NCBI GenBank assembly: GCA_013239625.1
Contig: MU054925.1
Coordinates: 1,806,829-1,870,828, forward strand
Source: Lama guanicoe
Taxonomy: Eukaryota
Length of the DNA: 64,000 bases
Reading direction: 5' to 3'
Below, in pieces: positions 23,001 through 37,554 of this stretch; the stretch's first letter is position 1, and each line of letters begins with the position of its first letter. The notes beneath the pieces were generated by a model. That model saw only the letters and a list, made by a program, of their open reading frames with translations, was not told where the DNA came from and made no database searches. The position numbers and the translations under genes are program-made.

Positions 23001-26000
23001 GGAGTGCTTTCTACACACTAAACACAAACACAGCAGAGTCTAAGAATGGGTTGGCACCACCCCCATGTCCTGGATGCAGAGACTGAGGTCCAGGAAGGCA
23101 AACTAACTCACTCAGGATCACATAGCAGGACACACCCAGGTTGGGCTGGAACCCCAGCCTGTCTGGCAGCCAAGCTGTGCTCTCAGCCATCCTTCCCTGT
23201 GTGGCGGGCCCCCTCCCGGGCCTGTGTGCCCATCTGTAATAAGGGGCTGGGTGCTCTGCTTGACCGGGGTCCCCCTTCTGGCTGTGAAGACCGTTTTGAT
23301 GGGCAGTGACCATGAACAGTGCCAGGGGAACAGTCAGCTGGGGTGACACCACTGTGGGGTGTGTGTTCTGCTGGGAACAGGAGCTCTGGGGTTAAGACCC
23401 TTCTCCAGCGCACTCCGTGGCTCAGTTCGATCTCTGAGTCAGGCCAAGCCTGTACCAGGGTGCGTCTTTACCCTAGGAAGGCTGAGAGAGTGCAGATGAG
23501 TCACTGCAGCCCATTCCCAGGGCAGGAGTGTCCCTCGGTGCTGCCAGGCCACCGCCCCAGTCTCCCAGAGGGCGAGGCCTTCCTCCCTCTTTCACTTCCC
23601 CTTCCTCATGGCTGTGGCTCCAGAGACCAGGAGTTTCCCAGGAGCTGGTTGGGTGTTGGAGGCTTGGGAGCCTCCTAGCTGAACAGGAGCAGCAGAGAGA
23701 GGGTCCTGGGCCCAAGGCTAAGGAGGCTGGAAGCCTGGGCAGCCAGTTCCCCTGCTTCCCCTGGGAGGAGCCTGAGGAGGGCGATGGCTGCCCACGCTCA
23801 CCCAGGTCTGTGTGGGGAGCTGCAGGGACGTGGATGAAGCCCAGGGGAGTGCGAGAGCTGCCGAGCAGACTTGGTGTTGGCCTTGGGAGGAGCAGGTCTT
23901 GGGGGCAGAGTCAGACGGTTTTCTAGGGTCTCTGCAGCCCCCACTTCTTACTCTCTGTCATCTTTGTAACATCTCCTCTGGGAGAAAGAGACCAGCTGTC
24001 CTTCCGAGAGCTAGAGGCTGTTGGGTCCCCCTCTGCAGAGCTGGCCAGAGGCATGGCCAGCTGGGTGCCTCAGCAGGGGTCTCCTGGGCATGGCTTCACT
24101 CGCCCTGGTTGCCCCTGCTTAGGGAAGGTAGCCACTGCCTCTGTCGCCCCGCATGGGCTGGGCTGGCATGTCTGCAGCACAGCTGGGGCACAGCCTCAGT
24201 GGCCGAGGTGGGGGTCTCTGCATGAGGAAGGCCCACTGAAGAGGCATTTCTGAGTTCAGAATAGAACACTTGTGTTTGCTAAAAGTTTTTCAGTCTTACG
24301 AAGAATATGTCTTATTTTCACACTGTCATAGAAGGTCTAGAACCAGGGTAATGTTTCACCAATTGTGTAGCTGATTTTGACAGAAAAATCCTTTTCTCCT
24401 TTAAGAAGCTAAAGGAGAATAATAGAAGCTGGACCCTCTAAGCAAGCACTCGCAGGGCTCACGAGATGCCGTGTGGCCTCTCCTCAGCCCCGTGGGAAGG
24501 CCATGGGTGGAATGTGAGGGTCTGGCACCTGCCGGGGGCAGGGGAGTTCTGGTCCTGCCACTTACATACTGTGTAACCTCTGAGAGAGGGTGGAGGCCGT
24601 AGCTCTTTCTGTGCCTCTTTCCCTACCTGTAAAGCAGGTGCTGATAGTCCCAGACCTGCCTGCCCCACTCATGGGTGAGGAGAGTGTGTGCCCATTTCAC
24701 AGATGAGGAGCTGGGGCTCAGGGAGGTTAGGGGACCAACGCAAGGTTACCACACACTTTGCAGAAGGGGGCGTTGCTTGAGAGGGTGCTCAGAGGAGTTG
24801 CAGATGTAAAGGTGTCTGTCGAAGAAAGTGGGGGTGCCCCCTCCTCCAGTCTGCCAAAGCTGAGGGCTGGGTTAATTCCTTGACTTGGGTCCCTGGCTTA
24901 GGTTGTTTCCCATGGCCAGGGTTCCCCCTTGAGATCAGCCACGATCTCCCCACCCTGGAGGGTCTGCCCCCTCCTCACTGAGCCTTTCACAGCAAAACAT
25001 GAGCCACAGACTCTTGATCCTTGGTCCACTTTTGCAAAGCCCAGTCCTGCCTCTCTCGGGATCTGAGATCATTTTCTGTGACCTGCTGGATTGGAGGGAG
25101 CCCACCTCCCTGGGCCCCAGAGGCTGCACCTGAATATCCCCATAATCTGAAGAACATGAAGGTGAAGACTGTGAGGCCACCTCAAGGCAAGACACAGGAG
25201 AACCCTGAAGTCAAGCAAACCTTGAAGCCCATCTCTGCTCTGTGTGCACTTGGCCCTGTGCTAACCTGAGCTCTCTGTGTGTTCTCATTCCATCCTCATG
25301 GCCACTGGGGGATATGAGTACTGTCACTGTCCCCATTTTCCAGGTTGGGCCAGTAAGACTCAGAGAGATTGAATGGCCTGTGCATAGCCACAGGTGAGTG
25401 GAGGATGGAACTGTCCTCTGCATCTGGCACGCAGGTCTGTCTGACCTGGAGCCCTGTGGCCATAACTGGTTCTTCTTAGCTCATGGACCCTGGCCTGGGG
25501 CACTGGGACCCCTTGGGCCTGCCCAGCTACCACTCATGTTCCTCTATCCCTCTCCCTCCCTGCCTAGGAGCCTAGCTTAGTTTTGTTTTGGAAACCTTCA
25601 TCCCCTCCCCCACACCTCTCTATTCCTCCCCAGACCTGGCACTTCTGCCTGTTTCCAGGTTTTCTGGGGCTGGTGGGAAGCAAACAAACTGAGACCACCA
25701 ATATTTAGCAAATTGAAGGAGTTTTGTGTTCTTGAGACTTGACAATTTCAAGTATGTGTTGGCCCTCCTGTTCGCAGAGCTTCCTGGGAAGACATTGAGC
25801 TTGGAGCCCCAGCTACTCCCTCCCCTCCCAGGACTATGGTGGGAGGTGAGGAGGGAGGCTCCCAGTCAGTCAGCTACTTGCACCCCCACTTCTGACCATC
25901 AGGTACCCAGCCTTGGCCTGGAATGGGAGCAGCTGTTTGGGGGCCCTCTCTGTTCCTGGGCTCCCTTGAGAGGGGCTGGCCTTCCCCATCTTGCCTGCTT

Positions 26001-28574
26001 TGCCAGGTTGTGGCTCTGGAAAGAAAGGAGAATGAAAGAGAAGGAGCCAGGACCAGTTCCCTAGGGCTTACATCCTCATCAAGCATCCTGATGGGCAGTA
26101 ACTCATCCGTAGACCCACACATGCTTGAGGACAGAGTGCCTGTGGCAGCATTCCCAGCCGCAGCTTCAGGCCTACCCACCCCTCGGCAGGGCAGGAAATG
26201 TTTGCAGGCATCGGGAGGAGATTTGTAAAACGGGCAGGCCTTTCTGGGCATGAAAGTTGAATCCTGGTTCCCAAAGGACTCCTAGACTCGGAGATAGCCA
26301 CGGGTGAACCCTGTGACCCAGAAAAGCTATACAACTTCCCTGAGTCTCAGTCTTCTCAGCTGAAAATGATGGTCAGTGATGCCATTGTTGAAAGGGGTGT
26401 AATTGCCCAGTACCTAGCAGGGGCCCTGTGAACATCCGCCACCAGCATAATAACTACCAAGTGGCAGAGCCTGGTCTAGCCCCAGGGACCTGGGGCCAAG
26501 CTCCACGTACAACAGGAGCAGAGCAGCCGTTTGCATTGTCCACACTGCTAGCGCTAACAGGTATGGATTCAAGTTTTGACTCTCACTACCCAGAGGTGTG
26601 ACTGGGCAAGTTACTTAACCTCTTAGAGTCAGTCTCCCCACAGGAAAAGGATGATGCTGGTTCTTCTCAGGATATAGTGAGTGATGACTGAGGTGGTGTC
26701 TGTGGCCAAGCGCTGTGGCCAACGCAGCACTAGCTGAGCCCCAGGGAGAGACTGTTGTTATAAAGGCAGTCCTCACACTGCATCAGGCCTTGGGCCTTCA
26801 GCTGTGGCCTGGACGTTTGGGGTCAGTGGTATAATGTGAGCCAACCCCAAGACAGAGGACTGTATGTGGCCAGAAGTTAATGCAGCGAGGTCTTTTCCCG
26901 CGTGGGGCCAACTAATCCGTAGCAGCAAAATTGGTTCCATTAGTTCCCTTACTGAGCTACTAAAGCTGGGGAAATGAGTGCGTGAGAGAATAATGGCACA
27001 TGTCTGAGGCTCTCACTTGAAACTGTGGCTAAAACGTTAGATTTGACGTGGCCAGCAGATTTCCCGATAGCACTGGTGCCCTTGGGGGGAGGGAGAGGGT
27101 GAAGTCAGTGAGGAGGGGATGGCTCTGGCTTTAAAAGGAAGATACTGAGGCCCTAAGGAGGAAATTCCTGCTTAGAACCCTGAACTTGAGGTCAGTCTTC
27201 ATCATCCCCTCACGAAACTATGGCCTATCCCCCAAGTTGGCAAAGCAGCCAGCAAGGGTCCCACAAGCTGGCCAGGAGCCAGGGCGCAGTGCAGTAATGA
27301 CCCTCCCTGGTGCTAACATCACAAAGGCAGGGTGGTCGCAACAACTGGCTGTAAAGTGAATCCTGCTCTTCCAGTGGTGTCTCTCAGAAGATTAGAGCTA
27401 CAACACATGGAAAAATTATCCTCACTAATCACAGAACTGGGAGCCAGAAGGGATGCCAGATGTGACTGAGTTGAAGACTCTTACGAGGAGGGAGTTTTGT
27501 CAGTTCAAAGTGCTCTTCTCATCCATGATCTCCCTCTGTAGAGAACTGGGGTTCTCCACATGAAAAAAATAATGAGTCATTTTTACAAATCTATGTATTT
27601 GTAAATATTTTACAAATATGCAAACGTATGTTTTCCTGTAACATTCTGTTTACTTCGGGCCCCTGAGCGTGTTTGCTGTGGTGTCATCAACAGCCTGGTC
27701 ATCAATGCACCTTTTCACTGCTCCCGCCTGGCACTGAACAAAGCTGGAAGCCCAGGAAAGGGGAAACAATGTGAGTTGTGGTGGCCCATAGGGCAGTGAG
27801 AAGAAATGGACCCGTGGCTTCCAGGAGGTTCCCTTTGCTATAGGGGTGGTGTCTATCAGGCTGTGGGTTGTCATGAAATCAAATTCGTATTTCTTAATTG
27901 CTGCTGCCTCACTGATGGGAGAGATTACAAGCCAGCTCTCCTCCCCTGGAAGGAGTGGGTGTTCCGGCAGAGGCCACAGAGCAGCTTGGCCTGGGCTGCA
28001 GGTTAATTGGCTGGGAGTATGGAGGTTGGGGTGGGGTTGGGGAGGCTACTTGTCCAGGCCCAGGCCTTGGGGCCTCCTGTGTGTGTGTAAGACAGACAGA
28101 GATACTGTGAACACTTAACTTGGGAAGAGCCTGCCCTGGAGTGAGCTGGGTGTGGACACTGGCTATGTGTGTGTGCATTTGGGCCCGGGAAGGTGGCTGA
28201 AGAGGAGTGTTGGGGGCTGGTCCCAAGGCTGTCTTACAGAGTCACCGTAGACATCCCAGCTCCATTTGATGCTCTAGGAAGGCAGACAGGGTGCTTTTAC
28301 AGCTCTGTGCAAGGGAGGCGATGGGCCCTGCCGTGGAGGTGGGGCCTCAGTGGGAGTGGAGGTCTGAGCAGAGTGGTCTGGGCTTGGTCACCTGCCCAGG
28401 CGAGGCTGTCAGAGGTTGAGTTGTTTTAGCAAAACCCCCAGTCTTTCTTGGGCACCTCTTTGTGCCTAGTTCTCTGTAGACACTTCAGAGAAATAGAAAA
28501 TTTTGGACAAATAAATGGATAGTTGGATGGGTCCTACTGTCTGGAGGGGTTCAGAGTCAACATCACAGAGTATA

Positions 28575-28780
28575 GAGACACAAACATACCCACGGCCCAC
28601 ACACTGACACACATTCCTTGTCCCCAAACTGCCTACACCCATACACACCCTTGCACACACCCCTTACATGCAGGTGCTTCTGTATGCACGTACCCATGTT
28701 TCCATGGGCACACACACGCACCTACATACACCTACACACACCCCTGCTCATGCGCACACCTCTACACCCATGCACACATT
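28575..28780. repeat. Degenerate (CA)-rich low-complexity tract
   Basis: Repeated CACAC/TACACCCAT units in MAPKAPK3 intron 2. Confidence 0.7.
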
Positions 28781-30344
28781 TATTTCAGAACAAGTTGCCT
28801 GAGTTTTGCAAGCTGTAGTTTTGGCCAGGGCCCTCTGACTTGGGACCACACTGTCCTCTCAGTTCCCCTCGGGGGTTGGGGGGGTTGTCTGGATGCTCTC
28901 TCAAAAGTTCTGTTCTCCTCCCTGTCCCAGCCTCACCGTTCTCCAGCCTGGCGGCCCCAGGGCAATGACTTCATCCTCTGGAGCCTCTTTTCCCTCAATC
29001 TTTAAATTGGGGCTGATGATCCCCACCCTGCTTGCCTCACAGGGTGGCTCTGAGCATTCCCATGAGATAAGGGAAAAGAGAGTGTCTTGTAAACTGCACA
29101 TTGTTTTCCAAACAGTCAAATGCTGCTGTTGAATTCCTGAACTCAGGAATTCCTCCACCTACATGTAAACCCTGTCCGCGGGTGAGAAGGGACACAGCGT
29201 GGAGGTAGTAAGGAGGCCTGGCCAGTTCCGAGGCTCCCATTCCCGCTGGTGATGCTGGAGGTGCGTAGGCAGGTGTCTGTGGGGCACAGGCTGCTCTGCC
29301 CTCAGCCTTTGCTGGGTCCACTGTCGGGTCAGATTGGCAGGGGTCTCAGGTGTCTGGCTGCAGGCTCTTGGGTAGGTAAGAGACTTTGGCAAAGGAGAGT
29401 GAGGGGAGAAGGATGGGGTGGGAAGCATTTGATCAAAGCTTGAAGCTAGTGTAGTATCATTTGTTTAAGGAAATGTTGACTCAGATTCGATACTCGTCTG
29501 ACTTCAGTGGGGACCCATGACACCAGTACACCTGGGAGCCAAGGTTCTGCCTCACAGGTGTGCGGGGATGCCTGTCGGGCACTAGCTGGAGCTGTGGAGC
29601 TGCCCAGGAGCCATCACAGACCCTCCAGCTTTGGTGGACCCCTTGTGGGGGTTGCTCAGGGGACATAGGATGGGAGTGAGGCCAGGGTGTAGGTCTGTTG
29701 GGTTGTCAGAAGGCCACCCCATCTTCTTTTCTCCAGAGCTGTGACTGAGGACCAGGACACCAGGTGGCCCCCATGAGGTTCAGGCATTTGGATATAGGGT
29801 CAGTGGAGACCCAGGGGCCAATCGATGGGGGCAGTGATGTGGGAGTGGGGCTACAGTAGGTACTTTGCAAGGAGCTCTGACCAGAGGTCCTCCTTGTGGT
29901 TCCCATCCCCCTGGTCTAGCCCAAGCCTTGCCACTTAACACTGGGGAGAGAGAGGCACAGAAAGGCAAAGGACCAGCCCAAGGTCACACAGAATAGTAGA
30001 ACCTGGTGGCCTCCCGTCTCCTAGCCCTGTGCTCATTCCTATGCCTAGGAAGGTGGAACCTGTGCTTGGGGACATCTTTTATGAAGGATGGTGAGGACTC
30101 ATGTACACCTGCATGAATGAAGCCATCTTGTAATAATGGCCTTGTGAGCTGGAGCAGTCAGGATGGGCTCCTTGGAAGAGGAGGTAAAGTCTGGTTCACC
30201 AGAGAGGGTGGGTGAGGTACACTGGGGAGCAAGTTTGGCCAGGTTGTCATGTATCCCATTTGTTGAGCCTTCCTGGGGCCTCCTCAATTTAATCTTATTC
30301 TGTCCTCGTGGTTGTGAGAATTTCTTTCTCGTACCCCCACTCTA

Positions 30345-31040
30345 CTGATTTGTTCATTAAATCTACAAATATTATCTGAGTCAGTGTTCTGGCCAATACT
30401 GGGACCCAGTGGTGACCAGGCAGACTGGCCCTGCCCTTGTGGGTCCACAGTCTGATGCAGTAGGCAGCATGGTGCCAGCCTTACTGGAAAACAGCTGTGT
30501 GATCTGGGGCCATTACTTTCCCTCTCTGTGCCTCAATTTCTCTGCTAAAGAGTGGTGGTAATAGTCTCTTCCTTATAATATTTGTAAAGTGCTCAGAACA
30601 GAGCCAGTCACATTGGAAGTACAATATCTATAGTATGTATTTGTTTAAGGAGTTGTCAAAGGAATGCACTAAGTGTAGGTGGTGAGAAAGTGCTGCACAG
30701 GAGGGAGGTAAAAAGAGCGATGATGGGAGCTTTCTGGGGAGCTGGCAGCATTTTCTGTCCAGGGCTGTGGGTCATAGGGTGTGTGCAGTCATCAAAATTC
30801 ACTGAAATGGACTTGAGGCCTGTATGAATGTAAAGTACACTCACTTCACTGTATGTGAAGTATACCTCAATAACCAAGCATCTATAGAAAGAAAAATAAA
30901 GGATGAAGGGAGAATCAGGGATCCTTTAGGTCCTCTTTAGACAGGGAAGTCAGGGAGGGCTTCTGAGAGGAGGTGACGTTGGAGGGAACTCCTGGAAGAG
31001 GTGAAGGCCCTGGCTGTGGGGAAGAAAGATGAGAACATTG
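30345..31040. mobile_element. Nested old repeats: L2 (-) interrupted by MIR (+, ~30470-30620) and an L1M 3' end (+, ~30710-30900)
   Basis: L2 tail at 30345-30460 resumes at ~30930 (GTCAGGGAGGGCTTCTGAGAGGAGGTGAC). MIR core CTCTGTGCCTCAATTTC. L1 end TATACCTCAATAA plus an A-rich tail. Confidence 0.55.
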
Positions 31041-33438
31041 AGGCTCTAAGAGGTCTGGGGCTATACTCAAGGTCAACTCGAGGGATCCAGAGTGACAGCC
31101 CAGGAAACTTGTTGGCAGCTGGCCCTGGTTGAGGCCACTGCAGAGCTCTGGCCCCTGTAATCTCCCCTGCAGAGAGGCCCGAGGGCACTCATTGTGTTTT
31201 CAGGAGGCAGCTTCCTCCCTGCCCCTGTGCCTGTTCTAGTGGCCTTGGCACTCAGGGAAGGACTATTTTAATCTGTGTGGGAAATTGGTTCCTAAATATG
31301 GACTGAGTAGGATGGGAGACATTGAGAGGCTCCAACTCAGGGCAGTTCCACCTGCTCCTCCACCTCAGCAAAGCACAGGGTGCAGGCCCGGGCCATGAGG
31401 CTCTCTGGCCTCTCCTTGACCATCCACCTCCATCCTCCCTCCCCTCTTATCATACCCCTCTTCCCATCCTTTGTTTGTTCAGAAGCCCAATGTTTTCTGC
31501 TAGGCTCCAGCCAGGGACTTCCAGGTTAACCTGACCTACTTCTGCCTTCAAGCTGCTTCCAGTCTGGTGGGAGGTACAGAGGCAAAAACCATTGAGGGAA
31601 CTGCTGGAGAATTTTCCAGAGGACAAGACATCTGAACTGAGCCCAGAAGGTTCCTCAAAGGGAGAAAGTTGGCCCAAAGGCGAAGGAGATGAAGTGAGAG
31701 TTCACATGGCATAAGCAGAGAGTGAGGCCTGTTTGGGACCAGCATGTACATCATTCTGACCAGAACCCAAAGTGTTCTGGGGTCAGAGGAATGAGCAGGG
31801 AGATGAAGGCAAGGCCTGGATGCCAAGGGAGGAGGTGGCCTTTATTTGGAGGACCAAGGGTAGGGATTTAAAGGTAGAGAAGGGCCAGAGAGAGAGAGAG
31901 GTGGGGCTGAGGAACCCACTGAAAGTGTTCCAGTTGTGGGCTTGGGGTCTTATGAGAGAAGAGAGAGTACCCTGGTATAGGGATTGGGTACCAGAAGCAG
32001 GGCAGAGTGAGGAGGGGGTCCAGGAGCCAGCCTGGGGGCCCTGGTAGGACACAGTCAGGTCAGGCTAGGGAAGAGGGGCCAGGGAGAAGTGTTAGGAGGC
32101 AAGCAGAGAAGGGGTGCAGAGAGGACAGAATAGGGAGGGAGGATGGCACATCTTTGACCCTGTGGCTAAAGTCTGAGGTCCCCCTGGCTAAAGCCACCTC
32201 AGGACACAATGTGGGTGAACTGGTGTGGTGATTGGGGATGACCGAGTCTCTACCCCCAGCACTGTTAAGTAAGAAGCTGGGGCTTGGGAGCTGTGTGGGC
32301 GCAGAACAGAGGGGTGTTCTGGGAGGCAGAGGCAGCATTCGCAAGGGATCCATGGTTTCCAGGCTGGGAGTGTCTCCTTACAGCCGCCTCCATGCACAGC
32401 CCGTCCTGGTCTAGGGAGTGGAGCAGGGACCCCGGAGTGGAGGGGCTGGCCCAGCTCCTTGCACTCCAGGCCAGAGTCAAGGTGAATAGCTCGGAGATGG
32501 AGCAGCCGCGGGCCAGCAGATGCAAGAACCCACCGCCTTCCTCTCTACCCCAGTTGGTCTTTGCCTAGAGAGCTTGGTCCCAGAGCCTGCCCCACACAGT
32601 GCCCTGGCAGGAAGCACCATTCTGTAGGGGAGGAAACCAAGACCAGTAGTGGCCCAGGGTCCTGTGGGTGCTGAGCAAGATGGACCTGATCTGAGCTTAT
32701 CTGGTCCTCAGCCCTGCTCCACTAGGAAACAAATGTGAGCAGCCCTACTAGGGGATGGCTCATCCCTGCTCTCCCTACTCTGGGCCATCTCCCTCTGCAT
32801 GCTGACTTCTCTGCCCACTTCAGGATCTTGCTCATTTCCGGTGATTGGCCTTAAGGTTGGCAGCCAGAGCCCAGGGCTGAGTTAACCTGAACAAGGATCC
32901 TGCCGCCCGCCCACCCACCTGCTGCCTACCTTGCTGTGATGCATCCTGTGGGGCTGACTCTGTCATTACTCCATTTTACAGAGTTGTGGACTATGGCTTG
33001 GAGCTGTGATTGCCTGAGGTCACACTGAGTCATTGGAGGAATTTAGCCCCAGGCCCGGACCCCACGCCACCAGGCCATCTGTCACCTCCTTCAAGTAGGG
33101 TCCTCCGTGCCCCCAGACTCTATCTCTGGGTTTACATTCTTGTGCCATCCCACTGTGAAAATCAAGCTCAGGGATATGTGGCCCCTGGCCTGGGGTCTCA
33201 CAGCTAATATGTGATTTGACTACAAAACCTACTCAATTTCCACTTCCTTGCTGCCCCTGGGAAGGGAGACAGGAGCTTCTGTGGTCTTGAGCCCATCCAT
33301 GCTTTCAGCCACCTCCCAGGCCTTCCCAAGCTACCAGCCGGGCTGCTTGAAGCTAACCTCAATCAAATCCAGGTGCTCATTGGACCACGAATCAGGAAAA
33401 CCTGAATTTGAGCCCTCATTTTGCCCTTCATAGGCTGA

Positions 33439-33807
<369 letters not shown>

Positions 33808-34239
33808 TAGCAGCCTCAGGAGACACCGCAGCCCCTGGGGGCGGGGGGGAACCTGTGCAGCTGGCCACAGGGCATCCTACAAGGGTGGGAAGGAAGTCAA
33901 AGGGCTCTAATATGTCCTCCCTCGCTGTGATTTCCGCTTTGCGAGGAGAAGGTGGAAGAGCTGTCAGAGAAGGCCTCCAAGCCCTGAACACGGGTTGGGG
34001 GGAGATTTGGGGAAGAGCAGGACGTACATGGTCCCCTCAGCTTTCTCCTTCCCACCTGGATGTGTGCTCCCGTGGTCCCACCTGGTGCTGGAGCCAGCGG
34101 ACTCCTCCACCCCAGGCTTCTCCACTAGCGCTGTGGCTCAGTCCTGACCTTTCTCAGACCCTGGGCCCTTTGTCTTGGCCTCCAGCTCCCCTCTGTCTTC
34201 CTTTCAAGTTCCCCCTCACCCCACAGGGTAGCAGCTCTT

Positions 34240-34510
34240 GAGTCAGATTTGGGGTTCAGATCCTGGCTCTGCTGCCCACTAGCTGTGTGGCCTTGGGCAG
34301 TTGCTAACCTCTCTGAATCACTGTAACTCCCACATGAAATGTGGAGGAAGATCTTAATGTAGCATTCACCCTGTTCATTCTAAGTGTTCCAGTGTATTGC
34401 TGATTCAATCTCCACTACTCTGTGAGGTTGGTGCTATAATCCCTGTTTTACAAACTAAGAAGCTGAGGCACAGAGAGGTGAAGGGACCAGCCCAGGATCA
34501 CACAGCAGCA
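34240..34510. mobile_element. Two adjacent MIR fragments in opposite orientation
   Basis: + copy: GGGTTCAGATCCTGGCTCTG..CTAGCTGTGTGGCCTTGGGCA. - copy: TTTTACAAA..GCTGAGGCACAGAGAGGTGAAG. Confidence 0.6.
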
Positions 34511-34889
34511 CACATGAATGGTTTGCCCAGGGCACAGCCCACAGGAGATGCTCAGAGAACAATGGTCATGATGATGATAGTTGACATCCTCATTTGGGGA
34601 AACTTGGATAAGTGTGGGGCTACCAGGTAGGGACTGTGCCACTGGGAACACAGGGACTCCCTGGTGAAGATCTGAGCCCACCATCCTCCCCTAGTTCTAA
34701 GAGTTCAGTTCAACCCACCCAAGCTAACAGCCCACCACACAGCAGGCTCTACAAGGCACAGGGAGGCTGAGAGTGACCTTTCCCCAGGGGAAGAGCAGCA
34801 GGGCTTGAGGCCTGGGCCTGTGATTCGGGGCAGGGGTGGGTTGACGCCTGATTCTCCCTCTCCCTGCTTACAGTCACCTTGTCTTATAG

Positions 34890-34954
34890 CATGGAAGGTG
34901 GTGAGTTGTTCAGCAGGATTCAGGAGCGTGGTGACCAGGCTTTCACTGAGAGAG
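34890..34954 (+). CDS. MAPKAPK3: MAPKAPK3 exon 4
   Basis: TAG|CATG...AGAG|GTATGT, 65 nt. MEGGELFSRIQERGDQAFTER. Confidence 0.97.
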
Positions 34955-35371
34955 GTATGTGCGTGCAGCTGGACCAGGGATTTGGGCTGGGATGGATCAT
35001 ACAGAGTTTCTGTATGATGCTGGGCAAGGCTCTGCTCCTCTCTGTGTCTCAGTTTCCCCAGCTGAACAGGAGAGGGTGGGACAGAGTGTCCATCTCCCAG
35101 GGGGTTCTGTGAGTCTATGACACCTTGTCGGAGGTAGACTCTATGGCCTTGGGATGGAGGCTTCAAGGCCTCTTGATGCCAACCAGCAGCTGAGCTGGGG
35201 AGAGGTAGCCCAGGCCTGCAGAAAGGTCCAGGTGAACTGCAGGCATCCCCAGAGGAACCTAGGCTGGTCCGAGTCAGGGTATGGGATGGGGGTTCTAGGT
35301 GGCAAGAGTGCTGTTACAGGCTCGTGCTTTCCCAGGAGGGATGATAGGGTGGAGTCCTCTAGGCTGCCTGA

Positions 35372-35560
<189 letters not shown>

Positions 35561-37130
35561 TAGTCCCAGCATCCACAAGATGGAATCCAGGGTCCTTGGT
35601 CAGCATTCAGGACCTCTGCCCCCCGGCCCAGACTGCTCTTCTCAGCCTCTTCTCCCGTGGTCCCCGCAAACCCACTGTGCTCTAGTCAGACAGGTCTCCT
35701 TGTTTCCTTCAAAACTGTAATCTGAATTGCCATAAGAATGACTGAGTGCCGACCTCAAGCCAGTAGGTCCTAGTAAGAAGCATCTCATTTAATCCTCACC
35801 CAGCCTGTGAGATGGATGCTGTTATCCATTTTACAAATGAGGAGCCCTAGAGAGATTAAGTATCTTGCTCAAGGCTGTGCAGTTGCTGCACTGGGATTCA
35901 TTCATTCATTTGTTCATTCACCAAGGATTTTGGGGAGACACAATGTGCCAGGCCTCAGGCCGGAGCTGCCTGATGCTGTTGGGTCTTCTGTGAAGTAGCA
36001 GCCATAGTTTCAATAGGTTGGGCCCTCTAATGCCAGCATTTTAAGGCAAAGAAGCCATTGGCTGGGCACTGGAGAAAGGAGCAGAGGTAACCCAATTGCT
36101 GGACCTACTTGCCCTTCCAGTGGACAGGCTTGCGAGATGTTCTCTCCAAATTTCCTGCCCAGGGAGGACTGGATCTCAGAGGTGATCGGGATCAGGTGGA
36201 TGAAATGTAAACTGAGGCAGCCTCACATACACACATACACACACACAATGCACGTGCCAGCCCCCGTCAGAGCAGAATCTACAGCTCCCTTCGCCGCATT
36301 CCTAGAGCATGATCCCCTAGGCTGTTTCCTCCTGAGACTGGGCAGAGGAGACCTGAGGGTCCAGCTGCTGCATCAGGTCCTTCCTCTGGCTGAGTAACGC
36401 CAACCCATACAGTTAGCCTTTGATTTTGGATACAAGTGAAGCCACAGTAGACTCACCTTCTGAACTCTTGCTTTATTTTTGGCCTTGGCTTCCTTTTTTC
36501 CCTTGAGGGGAGAAAAGCCTTCTGCAGAGAAGATTCCTTTGTGTAGACTAAAACTGCTTCCTTGTTTTATCCCAATCCAAGGTAAGATTTTCTCAAATAG
36601 AACCTGAGAAATAGCTTTCACTGGCTCCAGACTGGAACTCCATCTAACGTCCCATCCTTCTACCCAACTCTGCTGCCCTTCTCCATGGGCCTAGGTCCTA
36701 CCTGTTCATTAAAAACCAGCTTCAGGGCTGCCTCCTCCATGCAGCCTTCATCCCTCAGACTGTCTGTGCTCTATAACCAGGAAGGTTGGCCTCTGTGCAG
36801 CTCCTTGGGGCCTAAGCGGAGGGGCCTTCTCCCTGAACAACCTCAAGGGGGCCTGTCCTGTGGGCTCATCCTGGGCTGGGCACAGGAAGTATGCTCAGAA
36901 GTTCCTGCCCCTGGGCTTTCTGTGGCACTTGGTTATCCACACCCTTGGTTGAACACCTGCCTCAGTTTCCACTCTGCCAAGTTACTTCTTAGCCAGCTTA
37001 GTCTTCTCCATATTTGGCCCACATTGTTGGTGGCCGAGAACAGGGTCTTTTTAATGAGATGGGCCTGGCTTCTCCTGCCTCAATCTAGATGAAAGAGGGA
37101 GGGAGGAAGTCTGGCTAAAGATCACCCTGA

Positions 37131-37382
<252 letters not shown>

Positions 37383-37422
37383 TAAAGCCCGGTGAGGAGG
37401 GAGGGGAGGATTCTGTCTGCAT

Positions 37423-37554
37423 NNNNNNNNNNNNNNNNNNNNNNNNNNNNNNNNNNNNNNNNNNNNNNNNNNNNNNNNNNNNNNNNNNNNNNNNNNNNNN
37501 NNNNNNNNNNNNNNNNNNNNNNNNNNNNNNNNNNNNNNNNNNNNNNNNNNNNNN
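37423..37554. other. Assembly gap (132 N) in MAPKAPK3 intron 6
   Basis: Run of N. The flanking exons join in frame, so no coding exon is missing. Confidence 0.99.

Noticed and set aside
20770-29780. Several CTCF-like motifs (about 20777, 20809, 24759, 29757)
   Set aside because: Each has core mismatches and cannot be supported without PWM scoring or ChIP data.
37423-37554. Missing MAPKAPK3 exon in the gap
   Set aside because: Exons 6 and 7 join in frame (YYV-APE) and the kinase domain is complete.
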